DNA of 62,723 bases from a virus. Taxonomy: Duplodnaviria; Caudoviricetes. This document shows, piece by piece, positions 19,343 through 29,363 of the stretch; position 1 is the first letter of the stretch; each line of letters begins with the position of its first letter. The stretch is from positions 1 to 62,723 of IMG/VR virus record IMGVR_UViG_3300044700_000299; one strand, 5' to 3'. Under the pieces are notes generated by a model. It did not search any database, was not told the origin of the DNA, and worked only from the letters and a program-made list of their open reading frames with translations. A program made the translations under genes and the position numbers.

Positions 19343-21112
19343 ATGGAAGTATTATTAGAGTTGATATCAGTTGTGTCTCAGGTTAATCATTACAAGAATA
19401 CTTGTAAACTTGACGGTGATTTTGTGGATTTATTCGGTGACGGTGAACCTATTAGAATCCACCAATATACTAAGGGGTCAAAACCTCATTATGATTTAGA
19501 TAAAAATGTTAATGGGACTGATTCTCAATTATTTGAAGAATACAAAAACAATCCATTGTGTGAACCTCAATTACATAGTAAAAAAATATTTGTAGTTAAA
19601 TCTGAGAATAAAATAACGATTAAAACTTACACATATCACTTATGGAGAAGGATTGGTGAACCGTTTTTTAGAAAGACAACCGGATATCAATCACTAACTT
19701 ATAATTTTAAACGTAATCAATTATTTAATTGTCGAATAGGTAATTACCATAAAAAGAAAAAATTCACGAAAGAGGTTAGATGTATTAGTCCATATCTTGG
19801 GGCAAATATGTTTGAAAATTATTTAAATGATTTATCACATAACTATATGACCTTTGGTGATGGTTTATTACCACGATGGTTTGAAGTTAATAGTGTTATG
19901 GAGGTATTTTATAATGCGATTGCCGATAATATCGTAAATAGTATGGATTTTACTGAATACGTTGTAACTAAACAAGGTTTTAAATTACCTAATAACTTTG
20001 ATGTGTTTGTGAACCAAATTAATGGCTTTTATCAAGGTAGAATACCAACAAAGGCTGACGGTAAACGAAATGGGTTCAAGTTTATTGATACGTTAATGGG
20101 TATTAATATTTTGCAAGGTGATAAACTTAAAAGGGTATTACATAAAGTTGAAAGATTTAACCTGGGGTTGTATTATAATATTGCGAGTTTTTTCACCACT
20201 AAGTTTATGTTATCGAGACCTGATGAGGAGCTGATTAAAATCTTTAATACTGAGATTAATTATCAGTCGTTAAATAATAAGGTTGAGTTGACTAAACACG
20301 AAAAGATGAATGTGTATAATATCATCATTGAAATGATTAGTGATGAACATACTGATTTATTTAGTATTTCGGACCATTTAAATATTAAAGAGAGATTGGT
20401 TAAATACGAGAAAGTGAAATGGAAATCTAAAACATATGATGAGTTTGTTGATGAACACGTTGAATGGTCTCGTAATGTTGAGTCATACACTACAGGTATT
20501 GTAACTAGACGACACAATAAAGAGTTTACCAATTTAATTCAGAAACCATTTGTTATTGGTGGAGTTAGATATTATCCTGTCTTATTAACCACTACTGATG
20601 AATATAATAATGAATCGACAGTTCAAACCAATTGTGTTAGAACTTACGTTCAAAAAGCCGCGTCGGTTATTATTTCATTAAGAAGGGGGTCCAAGGATAG
20701 TGATGAAAGATTAACTATTGAATATAATATATTCTCAGGTTCGAATGAGTTTGACATTACATTAAGAAGAGTTCAAACTAAAGCTAAAAGAAATACGACA
20801 CCTGATGAAACTTGGTTGGGGGCTAATTATGAGTTGGATAATATAATTGATAAGATAAACAATAATAGGTTATTTACTTTACCCGAAATGGATGTAATTT
20901 ACAGAATGGGATTACCTAGACACACTAAAGCGATTGTTAAGTCCTTTGAGGTTTTTTCAACTGTATGTTGGGATGATGAAAATGTTGACGAAGAGACAGG
21001 CGACTTTTATTTTCCTGAATATAACGATGAGGTAACCCAAGAAGAAATTGATTATTTATTATCAGATAACCCCCCGAATTACGTTACAGAGGAAGATGAT
21101 TTACCACTATAA
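19343..21112 (+). CDS. PcfJ-like protein
   Basis: C-terminal E...Q.NCV..Y motif, SLR, TIE, Q..AK.N; promoter TATATTTG at 19331. Confidence 0.7.
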   Translation: MEVLLELISVVSQVNHYKNTCKLDGDFVDLFGDGEPIRIHQYTKGSKPHYDLDKNVNGTDSQLFEEYKNNPLCEPQLHSKKIFVVKSENKITIKTYTYHLWRRIGEPFFRKTTGYQSLTYNFKRNQLFNCRIGNYHKKKKFTKEVRCISPYLGANMFENYLNDLSHNYMTFGDGLLPRWFEVNSVMEVFYNAIADNIVNSMDFTEYVVTKQGFKLPNNFDVFVNQINGFYQGRIPTKADGKRNGFKFIDTLMGINILQGDKLKRVLHKVERFNLGLYYNIASFFTTKFMLSRPDEELIKIFNTEINYQSLNNKVELTKHEKMNVYNIIIEMISDEHTDLFSISDHLNIKERLVKYEKVKWKSKTYDEFVDEHVEWSRNVESYTTGIVTRRHNKEFTNLIQKPFVIGGVRYYPVLLTTTDEYNNESTVQTNCVRTYVQKAASVIISLRRGSKDSDERLTIEYNIFSGSNEFDITLRRVQTKAKRNTTPDETWLGANYELDNIIDKINNNRLFTLPEMDVIYRMGLPRHTKAIVKSFEVFSTVCWDDENVDEETGDFYFPEYNDEVTQEEIDYLLSDNPPNYVTEEDDLPL

Positions 21113-21122
21113 AAATTAAACT

Positions 21123-21452
21123 ATGATACCAAAACATTGTATAGAATTATTTAATGCGAGATATGAAACATATCCATCACATACTAAGTTGTTGATGGAT
21201 ATGGAAGTATTTAAAAAATTAGTTAACCGAAGTGAATTAATATGGTGTAGTCACTCAATTAGAGATAATCAGGATAATGTGGTGGCGTCCTTACATTCTT
21301 TTCACGAATCGGGTATTTATATTTACTTGGACACTGAACTTCAGGGTTCAATTTATGAAAATGTAGTTTACTTTATGTATCAGGTTGATAAAAAACATAT
21401 TGTTGACTTTACAATAAACCAAATAAAAAAAATGAATAAAAATGGAAATTAG
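21123..21452 (+). CDS. Hypothetical protein
   Basis: ORF in operon. Confidence 0.6.
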   Translation: MIPKHCIELFNARYETYPSHTKLLMDMEVFKKLVNRSELIWCSHSIRDNQDNVVASLHSFHESGIYIYLDTELQGSIYENVVYFMYQVDKKHIVDFTINQIKKMNKNGN

Positions 21453-21765
21453 TAGTTTAGAATTACAAGAAAAAATTAACAAAGGTGAAAAATTAGTGAT
21501 TGACTTTTGGGCAGAATGGTGTGGACCTTGTAGAATGCAAAAACCAATCTTTGAACAAGTTAGTAATACGGCAATTGAAAACAATTCAGAGGTTTCTTTT
21601 TACACATTCAATGTGGAATCTGATAAATCATTCGCAGCGTCATTAGGTATTAGAAGTATCCCAACTATCAAATCATTTTCAAATGGTGGTGAGGTTACAA
21701 CTAAAGTTGGTGTTATGGATGAATCACAATTAAAATCATTAGAGTCAATATTGATTAATGGATAA
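21442..21765 (+). CDS. trxA: Thioredoxin
   Basis: DFWAEWCGPC, GIRSIPT. Confidence 0.93.
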   Translation: MEISSLELQEKINKGEKLVIDFWAEWCGPCRMQKPIFEQVSNTAIENNSEVSFYTFNVESDKSFAASLGIRSIPTIKSFSNGGEVTTKVGVMDESQLKSLESILING

Positions 21766-22045
21766 GTTATTAATTTTGTATACGATGGACGGTTGTCCTT
21801 TCTGTCAAATGATGAAAGAAAAGTTAATTGAATCTAACATCATTTATTATGAGCGTGACATTGACGAGTATAAAGATGAATATGATTTGTTTGTTGAAAT
21901 TACGGAAAACGATTATGTTCCAGCGTTTATGATAATTGAGGGTGATGATGAGAAACAACCAATCACGTCATTGTACGCACCTGATAGAGATTTTAATGAC
22001 TTGGATGAAGGTCTTGAAATAATTAAAAATAAAATGGTACTATAA
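21758..22045 (+). CDS. Glutaredoxin-like protein
   Basis: LYTMDGCPFC, YVP. Confidence 0.85.
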   Translation: MDKLLILYTMDGCPFCQMMKEKLIESNIIYYERDIDEYKDEYDLFVEITENDYVPAFMIIEGDDEKQPITSLYAPDRDFNDLDEGLEIIKNKMVL

Positions 22046-22046
22046 A

Positions 22047-22072
22047 AAAACCCCCAATAACTTGGGGGTTTT
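22047..22072. terminator. Bidirectional ACCCCCAA-type terminator
   Basis: AAAACCCCCAA-taac-TTGGGGGTTTT between convergent genes. Confidence 0.8.
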
Positions 22073-22075
22073 GTT

Positions 22076-22882
22076 TTAAAAGATAATACAGTTATTTGTT
22101 TGGTCTTTAAATAACCAAGGTTTTGGTCCGAAGGGTTCGTCAATATCTTTGGTGAATTCATATGTTGATAATGTATGTTTGAACGATTCTAAATCAAAAT
22201 TAAATACATCTAACACCATTGATTTAATTACCTTATCGTTATACATTGAATCCGATTTAATCTCAATCATAAAATCTTCATCATCATCTATCCTTGTTGA
22301 GATTTTAAATGTTAATTTTTTTGAACTAATACTTGTCATAATGTTATGGGCAATATATTCTGAATAATAATAATGTATTCGACCCATATTTAGACTGTAA
22401 CCGTGAGGAAATTCAGATGTGATTGTTATTGGGGGGTAAATGAAATTAGGTAACACATCAATATCAGTACTTAAAAAATCAATTTCATAAACTAAATCAT
22501 TTGTTATTGAAAGGGAATTATCTAAACTTGCGTGTTGAATTAAGAAGTCGGAGTATGTTGGTCTTGATGTGTTATAGAATGTAAACCAATAGTCTTCTTG
22601 GTTCTTAGGACTAACGTCGTATTCAACTAAATCAACAAGATTAAGGTCTTTATATCCCAACACCTCTAAAACATCCTTATTTTGTTTTAAAAACGATTCT
22701 TTGATGTGTGTAAGGTCTAATGGTTTCTCATATGATGTGAATCCGTTAATTATTATAAATTTACCACAATCTGATGTTTCAATTACAGAGTCGTAATCAC
22801 CTAATTTATTAATTTCATTTAAAATATGGTCCGCAAATTTGTTAACTATACCTCTATTTCTTTTTGGATTAATGTATTTCAT
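22076..22882 (-). CDS. Degenerate S-adenosylmethionine synthetase (MetK)-like protein
   Basis: N- and C-terminal segments align by eye with MetK; catalytic motifs absent. Confidence 0.5.
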   Translation of the reverse strand: MKYINPKRNRGIVNKFADHILNEINKLGDYDSVIETSDCGKFIIINGFTSYEKPLDLTHIKESFLKQNKDVLEVLGYKDLNLVDLVEYDVSPKNQEDYWFTFYNTSRPTYSDFLIQHASLDNSLSITNDLVYEIDFLSTDIDVLPNFIYPPITITSEFPHGYSLNMGRIHYYYSEYIAHNIMTSISSKKLTFKISTRIDDDEDFMIEIKSDSMYNDKVIKSMVLDVFNFDLESFKHTLSTYEFTKDIDEPFGPKPWLFKDQTNNCIIF

Positions 22883-22940
22883 ATTAAATATTTTACATAA
22901 TTAATATTCAATTAATTTTAGACTCTAAATAGTTAAACAA

Positions 22941-22968
22941 AAAATGGGAGTCACTGACCCCCATTTTT
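22941..22968. terminator. Intrinsic terminator hairpin
   Basis: AAAAATGGG-agtcactgacc-CCCATTTTT. Confidence 0.65.
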
Positions 22969-22986
22969 ATAGAATTTCTTTACACC

Positions 22987-23130
22987 TTACCTTTTTGTAT
23001 AGTATTTTTCAACCACTTTTTTAATTGATTCTTGAATCGTTTGATTCTGAGGTTGAGGTTGAGGTTGAGGTTGAGCCCCTTGTTGTGGTTGTGGTGCTTG
23101 ATTTCCACCGTTTTTACATCCGCATCCCAT
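22987..23130 (-). CDS. 47-aa MGCGCK/(PQ)n peptide, not in ORF track
   Basis: MGCGCKNGGNQAPQPQQGAQPQPQPQPQNQTIQESIKKVVEKYYTKR; TATTTAT (minus strand) at 23161-23167; terminator downstream. Confidence 0.75.
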   Translation of the reverse strand: MGCGCKNGGNQAPQPQQGAQPQPQPQPQNQTIQESIKKVVEKYYTKR

Positions 23131-23232
23131 TGTTTTGTTTGTTTTAAAGTTTATTCATCAATAAATATCTGACAAACAACTTAATTGTAAATAATAGATA
23201 ATTATTAATAGAATTAATTGATATTTATTGAT

Positions 23233-24726
23233 ATGAAAAATTTTAAACTAATAGAGTCGGACCTTAGAAAAATGGTAAGGTTAATCATAGAAGAAAATGA
23301 GAATGAAACCGAAAGTGAAGTAGTTAAGATACTTGCTAGTGATTTTTTAAAAATATTTAGATATACAAATAGTGTTGACGCTATTTTAAATACAAAAAAA
23401 TATAAAGATAGTAAAGTTGTTATTGTTGGAGATTTAAATTTCCCTAGTAACGATAAAGTTAAAACTTTAGGTAGGTTATACGGGGTGGAAGGTAAATTAG
23501 ATGTTAGTAGTTTAAGTAGTTTACAGTCACTTGGTGAGTTGAAATTTGTTATGGGACATGTGGACATTTCAAATACAAAAGTTAGTTCAGTTGAAGGGAT
23601 TGAAATTGATGGGTATATTAGGGATTATAATACACCTTTAGAAACTAAACGATTGAGAAAAGAATTTCAAAGTAAATTAGATGAAGCTAATGAAAGACGT
23701 GAAAGTGGTGTGTGGGAAGATGTTGATTATGATGATGAGTCAGCAAAAGCACACGCGTTACTAGAATACATTGGTAATAATGAGTCTATTGATATATGGG
23801 ATGAGGAGTCCAAAGAGGAATTTGATGGGTTGAATCGTAGATTAGAATTACTTAAAGACCAATATAATGAGACTGATGATGATGATAGGATTGTTGAGTT
23901 GACTAGTGAAATTGATGAAATTGAGTCTAGAATTGATGAGATGACAGGTCTTTATTATGACGTATATGATGCGTTACCAACAGGTTATAATCATTATGGT
24001 GGAATGACTATGTTTAATTTTAGAAACCAAGGTAATTTACGTAATTTAAAAGAATATGCGGTAGGAACATCCGATAGTGCTGATAATGCGTTAAAAGAAT
24101 ATTACAAAAATTTAATTGATGATATTGGTTTAGAAGGTATTAATCAATATATTATTGAAAATAATATTGATGGTGATAGTGTTGCTGATGAATTTGAGAA
24201 TTATTACGAAGAAGAAGTTAGAGATAATTTAGATGTTTATTTTAATCTTGATGATTTGGAATTAAGTCCGGAACAAGAAAGTAGAAAAAGAGATATGGAA
24301 TCGTATATTGGTGAATTAGAATCATATATTGAGGAAATGGAAGAAAAACAATCATCACTTGAAGATGAGATTGAAGACCCTGACGAATATTCCCAAGAAT
24401 ATGATAGGGTTCAAGTGTTAATTGAGGAAGCTGAACAGAAAAAAGAAGATGCCCAAGAAGAAATTGATGAAATGAGGGGTGAAGTAACTGATGATATGAT
24501 TCAAAGTGAGGTTGAAGATAAATTATATCAAATTAGACGTGACCCATATGATTTCTTAAAAGATATGGGTTATGACCAAAAGACAATTCTGAATTTCGTT
24601 GATTTGGATGGTGTTGTTGAGGATTTGTATCAAGGTGGTGACTATGGTGATTTAAATGGTTATGATGGGAGTTATGACGAAATTAAAATCGGTGGTGATT
24701 ATTACGTAGTGATGAGAATTAATTGA
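23233..24726 (+). CDS. Acidic coiled-coil protein with N-terminal LRR/beta-helix-like region
   Basis: TATTTAT-TGAT-ATG start; leader MKNFKLIESDLRKMVRLIIEE. Confidence 0.7.
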   Translation: MKNFKLIESDLRKMVRLIIEENENETESEVVKILASDFLKIFRYTNSVDAILNTKKYKDSKVVIVGDLNFPSNDKVKTLGRLYGVEGKLDVSSLSSLQSLGELKFVMGHVDISNTKVSSVEGIEIDGYIRDYNTPLETKRLRKEFQSKLDEANERRESGVWEDVDYDDESAKAHALLEYIGNNESIDIWDEESKEEFDGLNRRLELLKDQYNETDDDDRIVELTSEIDEIESRIDEMTGLYYDVYDALPTGYNHYGGMTMFNFRNQGNLRNLKEYAVGTSDSADNALKEYYKNLIDDIGLEGINQYIIENNIDGDSVADEFENYYEEEVRDNLDVYFNLDDLELSPEQESRKRDMESYIGELESYIEEMEEKQSSLEDEIEDPDEYSQEYDRVQVLIEEAEQKKEDAQEEIDEMRGEVTDDMIQSEVEDKLYQIRRDPYDFLKDMGYDQKTILNFVDLDGVVEDLYQGGDYGDLNGYDGSYDEIKIGGDYYVVMRIN

Positions 24727-24765
24727 TTAAATAACAATCAATCGTTATAATTAAAGAAAAAAAAT

Positions 24766-25527
24766 ATGACTAAGAGTAGGAAAAATGATTTCATAATGGA
24801 TACCGATTGGTTGTTCCAAGGAATCATTGATGCGGAGCAAAAACAATATATCCTGTTAGATTATTTTCAAAAGTTAAATAAGGATTTTGATGAAATGAAA
24901 ATATATCCAATGTTTATTGAGTTGTCATTACATTTGGGTAATATGCAAACATTACTAACCCAAGACAAAATATTATATACTGAAAAGAAATTCACAACTC
25001 CTGATGATGAATTACTTTTATCTGATTTAAAATTAAAAGAGATACCGGTATTAACTGATGAAGAAGTTGATGAGTATAAAAAGATTTTAAAACATTTCCA
25101 ACCACAAATTCACGACTACTTCAACTTCGCTAAATCATTATGGACTATTGTTTATGATTCTGTTACGCTTAAAGTTGTAAAGAATGTTGAAAACATTGAT
25201 AATAAAGTTGGTTTTTTCTATATTAAATACAATGAGAAGAATTACGTATGGAGGTATGACAAGAAACGTGGTTATAAGTCACAACCTGAAGGTAGAACTG
25301 AATTAAAATTAATATATAAAACATTTGATGACTTTGATTTAACTGAAGTGATTTCAACTAATTCAAAGACATATGATAAGAATAAAGAATCGGAGAGTCC
25401 GATTTTTGAAGTTGTGTGTGATAATATATTTCCATTGAAAGAAACTGTTATTCCGATTGTTAAAAGAAAAATTTTGGCGTATATTAGCCAAACGAAGAAA
25501 GAGAAAAAATTAATAATGATTGATTAA
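24766..25527 (+). CDS. Hypothetical protein
   Basis: Clean ORF with DW...ID.E.KQYILL.Y motif. Confidence 0.7.
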   Translation: MTKSRKNDFIMDTDWLFQGIIDAEQKQYILLDYFQKLNKDFDEMKIYPMFIELSLHLGNMQTLLTQDKILYTEKKFTTPDDELLLSDLKLKEIPVLTDEEVDEYKKILKHFQPQIHDYFNFAKSLWTIVYDSVTLKVVKNVENIDNKVGFFYIKYNEKNYVWRYDKKRGYKSQPEGRTELKLIYKTFDDFDLTEVISTNSKTYDKNKESESPIFEVVCDNIFPLKETVIPIVKRKILAYISQTKKEKKLIMID

Positions 25528-25724
25528 TGGGTTTTCATAAAAGATATATCAATATGGCGACAACACAAACGTATTTAAACCGAGGGGATTTGGACGAACT
25601 ATATAACGCTGACGCATACTTCTTCAATGATGAAGAAAGTTATGAGGTTTATAGGATGTATTTAGAGGAGTTGACTGAAAAAGAAATCAAATTAAAACTA
25701 AATAACAATGGAAAAGACTCTTAA
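25527..25724 (+). CDS. Hypothetical protein
   Basis: TAATG coupling. Confidence 0.6.
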   Translation: MGFHKRYINMATTQTYLNRGDLDELYNADAYFFNDEESYEVYRMYLEELTEKEIKLKLNNNGKDS

Positions 25725-25896
25725 ATTATTAGAATCAAAACTTAGAAGGCCAATTCACATCACCTACATTTCAGAACACATTCTGAAAAAAGATATGAAT
25801 GAAACTCGTACACTAATCAACAAACTAATGGAGGATGGTTATGTGTTTGAAAGTGAAACATCAAAAGATTATTTTTATATTAAACCAAATGAGTAA
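25708..25896 (+). CDS. Small winged-helix-like protein
   Basis: Helix-rich, L..LM.DG.V.E pattern. Confidence 0.5.
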   Translation: MEKTLKLLESKLRRPIHITYISEHILKKDMNETRTLINKLMEDGYVFESETSKDYFYIKPNE

Positions 25897-26119
25897 AGAA
25901 CACGTAAACCATCCAACACATTATGGGGGTGAAAACAATCCTTATGAGGCAATCAAAGTAATTGATGCTTGGGAATTGGGATTTAGTTTAGGTAATACTG
26001 TAAAGTATATCTCAAGAGCCGGCAAGAAAGAATCTGATAAGGAATTACAAGACCTTAAAAAAGCAATGTGGTATCTTCAACATCACATAGAAGAATTGGA
26101 GAAAAAACAATCTAAGTAA
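25889..26119 (+). CDS. DUF3310 (SaV-like) protein
   Basis: VNHP.HY, GF.LGN.VKY..RAG.K, DLKKA.WYL. Confidence 0.88.
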   Translation: MSKEHVNHPTHYGGENNPYEAIKVIDAWELGFSLGNTVKYISRAGKKESDKELQDLKKAMWYLQHHIEELEKKQSK

Positions 26120-26130
26120 ATCTACAGAAT

Positions 26131-26186
26131 AAAATAGTCTGGACTTATATTTATTAATAAAAATAAATTAAAGTTCAGATTATTTT
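26131..26186 (+). promoter_or_regulatory. 16-bp RNA hairpin abutting the start codon, with TATTTAT in the loop
   Basis: AAAATAGTCTGGACTT pairs with AAGTTCAGATTATTTT (2 G-U); ATG at 26190. Confidence 0.65.
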
Positions 26187-26189
26187 TAT

Positions 26190-27800
26190 ATGCCAAATCA
26201 AAAAGTCCCTCAATTACCGGTATTATCTGCAGTCACAGGTGAAGATTTATTTTACGTTGTTGACGTTAGTGATACAACGGATGACCCCACCGGTAGTTCG
26301 AAACAAATATCACGAGACAATATATTACAAAATATAACAGGTTTAACTGCGACCACAATATCTGCAACAACATATCAAAATTTACCAACGGATGTTTTTG
26401 TGACAGGTGGAACATACACATCTGGAAACGCAATATTCACTAACAATACAGGTGGTACTTTTACCGTAAGTGGGTTTACTGTAGGTGGTGGTGGAGGTCA
26501 AATATTTTACTTAAATTTATCACAATCACAAAACGGGAATAGATTATTAAGTACGACCGCAAGTACTGCGTCAGAACAAACGAGTGGTGTTACCATTAAT
26601 AATGGTGTGACAGATACTATTGCATCTTTTCAATCACAACCATTAAACATAATATTATTACCAGGTGGTATTTGGAGTTTTTATTTACATTCATATAAAG
26701 AGAATACAAACGCATCTTTTAATATATTTGTTGAATTGTATAAGATAACAAGTGGTGGGACTCAAACGTTGTTATTCGCAACCGACCCCACACCTGTAAC
26801 GACTAATTCACCTAATCCGTCAATGCAACTTACTGATGGTTATTTTAGTGGAACATCATTGGATGTTAGTGATAGTATAGTTGCAACTGTTAGAGCTACT
26901 AATACGGATAACCAATCACACACAATAACTTTGGTTACGGAAGGAAGTACTCATTATTCATATGTTGTTTCAACAATACCAACACAACAAGGTTTAACCT
27001 GTGATACTTTAAGTGGTTGTAGTGTTATTCAAACAATTCAAACTAATATTTCAAATAAGTTTGATAAAAGTGGGGGAACAATTAATGGTGACTTAACGGT
27101 TACGGGTAATACATCTTTACAAGGTGTTACCGCAACAACAATTTCCGCAACAACAATATCGGCAACCACATATTATGGTAGTGGAACAAACTTAACAGGT
27201 GTTGTTAAAGGTTCGGGAACTAATAATTACTTACCTAGATGGACCGGTACAACAGGGTTAGGTAATAGTATTATTCAAGATAATGGTACTAATATTGGTA
27301 TTGGTACATCGCCAGGGTCTGATAAAAAAGTTACGATATTTACGGTTGATATTGATGCCGCTGCGGCTTTATGGGTTAGAAATGGTAGTAGTAATGGTGG
27401 TAGCGGTATATACGCTATTAGTGATAGTGGTAAAGGTTCTCAAGTGGGTGTTACCGCAATGGCACAAGGTCATCAAACAACAGGAACTAGTATTGGTTTT
27501 CAAGGGTTTGCAACTAATGGTTTATTGGGGATAGGTGTTTATGGTCAAGTAGGTGTTAGTGAAAGTAATACTATGACAACAGGTATTGGTGGTTACTTTA
27601 ACGCTAGAGGCGATGGTGAATTTGGTTATCCCACAACATCATATGGTCTTCAAGTTATAGATGGTACGGAGGGTGTTGATAAAATATTACAATCAAAAAC
27701 CTCTGATGGTAAAACCAATTGGGTTGACCCATTAACAGTACAAACGGCATTCAACTATGGATTAGCAAATGCTATAATGACAGGAAACTTTTTAACATAA
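26190..27800 (+). CDS. Tail fibre-like structural protein
   Basis: T/G/S-rich; ATTISATT repeats; KSGGTINGDLTV; NIGIGT; G.YG beta-repeats. Confidence 0.7.
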   Translation: MPNQKVPQLPVLSAVTGEDLFYVVDVSDTTDDPTGSSKQISRDNILQNITGLTATTISATTYQNLPTDVFVTGGTYTSGNAIFTNNTGGTFTVSGFTVGGGGGQIFYLNLSQSQNGNRLLSTTASTASEQTSGVTINNGVTDTIASFQSQPLNIILLPGGIWSFYLHSYKENTNASFNIFVELYKITSGGTQTLLFATDPTPVTTNSPNPSMQLTDGYFSGTSLDVSDSIVATVRATNTDNQSHTITLVTEGSTHYSYVVSTIPTQQGLTCDTLSGCSVIQTIQTNISNKFDKSGGTINGDLTVTGNTSLQGVTATTISATTISATTYYGSGTNLTGVVKGSGTNNYLPRWTGTTGLGNSIIQDNGTNIGIGTSPGSDKKVTIFTVDIDAAAALWVRNGSSNGGSGIYAISDSGKGSQVGVTAMAQGHQTTGTSIGFQGFATNGLLGIGVYGQVGVSESNTMTTGIGGYFNARGDGEFGYPTTSYGLQVIDGTEGVDKILQSKTSDGKTNWVDPLTVQTAFNYGLANAIMTGNFLT

Positions 27801-27825
27801 AAATAAATAAATAAAATAATATAAA

Positions 27826-28251
27826 ATGGCAAATACATCATTAAACACACAACCAATTTATACGGCATCGGCGGATACCCAATGGATTGGTTCTGCAACA
27901 ACCGCGAATACAACTAAAGATTTAACATCAGGAACCGCTTATTTGGCGTTTACCGCATCTTCAACAGGTGGTGGTTATGTCCAAAGAATGAGATTCAGAG
28001 CGTTAGGAACTAACGTAGCGACAGTTGCTAGGGTTTTCATTAACAATGGTGGTGTAACAGGAACTACAGCAAATAATATTCTATGGGATGAAATTTCATT
28101 ACCTGCAGTAACAATTTCTGAAGTTTCAGCTTTACCTACTTATGAATTACCATTAAACTTTGCATTACCCCCATCTTACAGGTTATTTGTAACAATCGCA
28201 ACAGTAGTTGCTGCAGGATATGCGATAACAACAATAGGTGGAAAATATTAA
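27826..28251 (+). CDS. Virion structural protein, tail-associated
   Basis: T/A-rich beta protein in the fibre cluster. Confidence 0.6.
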   Translation: MANTSLNTQPIYTASADTQWIGSATTANTTKDLTSGTAYLAFTASSTGGGYVQRMRFRALGTNVATVARVFINNGGVTGTTANNILWDEISLPAVTISEVSALPTYELPLNFALPPSYRLFVTIATVVAAGYAITTIGGKY

Positions 28252-28254
28252 GAT

Positions 28255-28434
28255 ATGAACGAATATTATTTATGTGAATTCGAATATGGGTATGAAGGTC
28301 AATTCTACCAAGAAATATTCAATAATCAGGTAGTTAGATACGCTGATTTAGATGGTAATACCTTAACACTTGAAGGTGAATATGGTTGTAGAATAATAAA
28401 TTTAAATCCTGAAAGACCCGTTTGGGCTAATTAA
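28255..28434 (+). CDS. 59-aa protein, possible fibre chaperone, not in ORF track
   Basis: MNEYYLCEFEYGYEGQFYQE...PERPVWAN fills the gap exactly. Confidence 0.65.
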   Translation: MNEYYLCEFEYGYEGQFYQEIFNNQVVRYADLDGNTLTLEGEYGCRIINLNPERPVWAN

Positions 28435-28436
28435 TT

Positions 28437-29360
28437 ATGGGTATAGATTATAATCATATAAATGATAATAGTTTAAAAAACCAAGTTTTTTATTTTGCAG
28501 GAACTGATGCTTGGCAAACTTGGATTAAACCACCTAATTGTAAATTCGTTAACTTCTTCTTAGTTGGAGGTGGTGCGGGTGGACGTGGTGGGGCGACAGG
28601 TGCCGCATCAACACGAAGTGGTGGTAACGGAGGTGGTTCAGCCGCGTATGCTTACATAACCGTTCCCGCTTTTAGTTTACCTGATATGTTATATATTCAA
28701 GTTGGTGGTGGTGGTGTTGGAGGAGCGTCAGGTAATGGTGCTGGTGGTGTTGGAGGTTTAAGTTATGTTTGTTCTATTCCTGATATTTCAACACGTTATA
28801 ATATTTTAATGAAAAGTGGAACATTAGGTGCGGGAACAACATTATCACAAAATGCTGGAACAATAATTGTTCAGGCGGATGTTATATTAGGTCAAGTTGG
28901 TTTACTTTCGGCGTATGCAGGTCAAGCCGGTGGTTTAGGTGGTTCATCAAGTGCTGCCGCAACTAACGTAACACCAACAGGTATTCCATTTACAGGTGGT
29001 GCGGGTGGTGCAGGTTGTAGTTCGGTTGGAACTTTAGGAACATCAGCAAGTGTTCTTGGAATTTTAAATTTCCCAACGATATCAGGTGGTACTAACACGG
29101 CAGTTCAGAGTGCTACCGCCAATCCGGGTAATAATGGATATTCGACAAGAGAAAACTTCATCGGACCAAATTTTAATACTCCAATGTTCTTTAGTGGTGG
29201 TGCGGGTGGTGGAGCCGCTTCACAAACTTTAGGTATTGGAGGTAAAGGTGGTGATGGTGCTTTCGGTTGTGGAGGTGGTGGTGGAGGAGCCGGTGGTAAC
29301 TCAACTGCGGGAATTGGTGGTCGTGGTGGTGACGGATTCGTTATGGTAACAGTTAGTTAA
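28437..29360 (+). CDS. Glycine-rich domain protein, paralogue 1
   Basis: TW.KP.N..FV....GGG.GG, GGAGGG, GG.GG.G.V. Confidence 0.8.
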   Translation: MGIDYNHINDNSLKNQVFYFAGTDAWQTWIKPPNCKFVNFFLVGGGAGGRGGATGAASTRSGGNGGGSAAYAYITVPAFSLPDMLYIQVGGGGVGGASGNGAGGVGGLSYVCSIPDISTRYNILMKSGTLGAGTTLSQNAGTIIVQADVILGQVGLLSAYAGQAGGLGGSSSAAATNVTPTGIPFTGGAGGAGCSSVGTLGTSASVLGILNFPTISGGTNTAVQSATANPGNNGYSTRENFIGPNFNTPMFFSGGAGGGAASQTLGIGGKGGDGAFGCGGGGGGAGGNSTAGIGGRGGDGFVMVTVS

Positions 29361-29363
29361 ATT

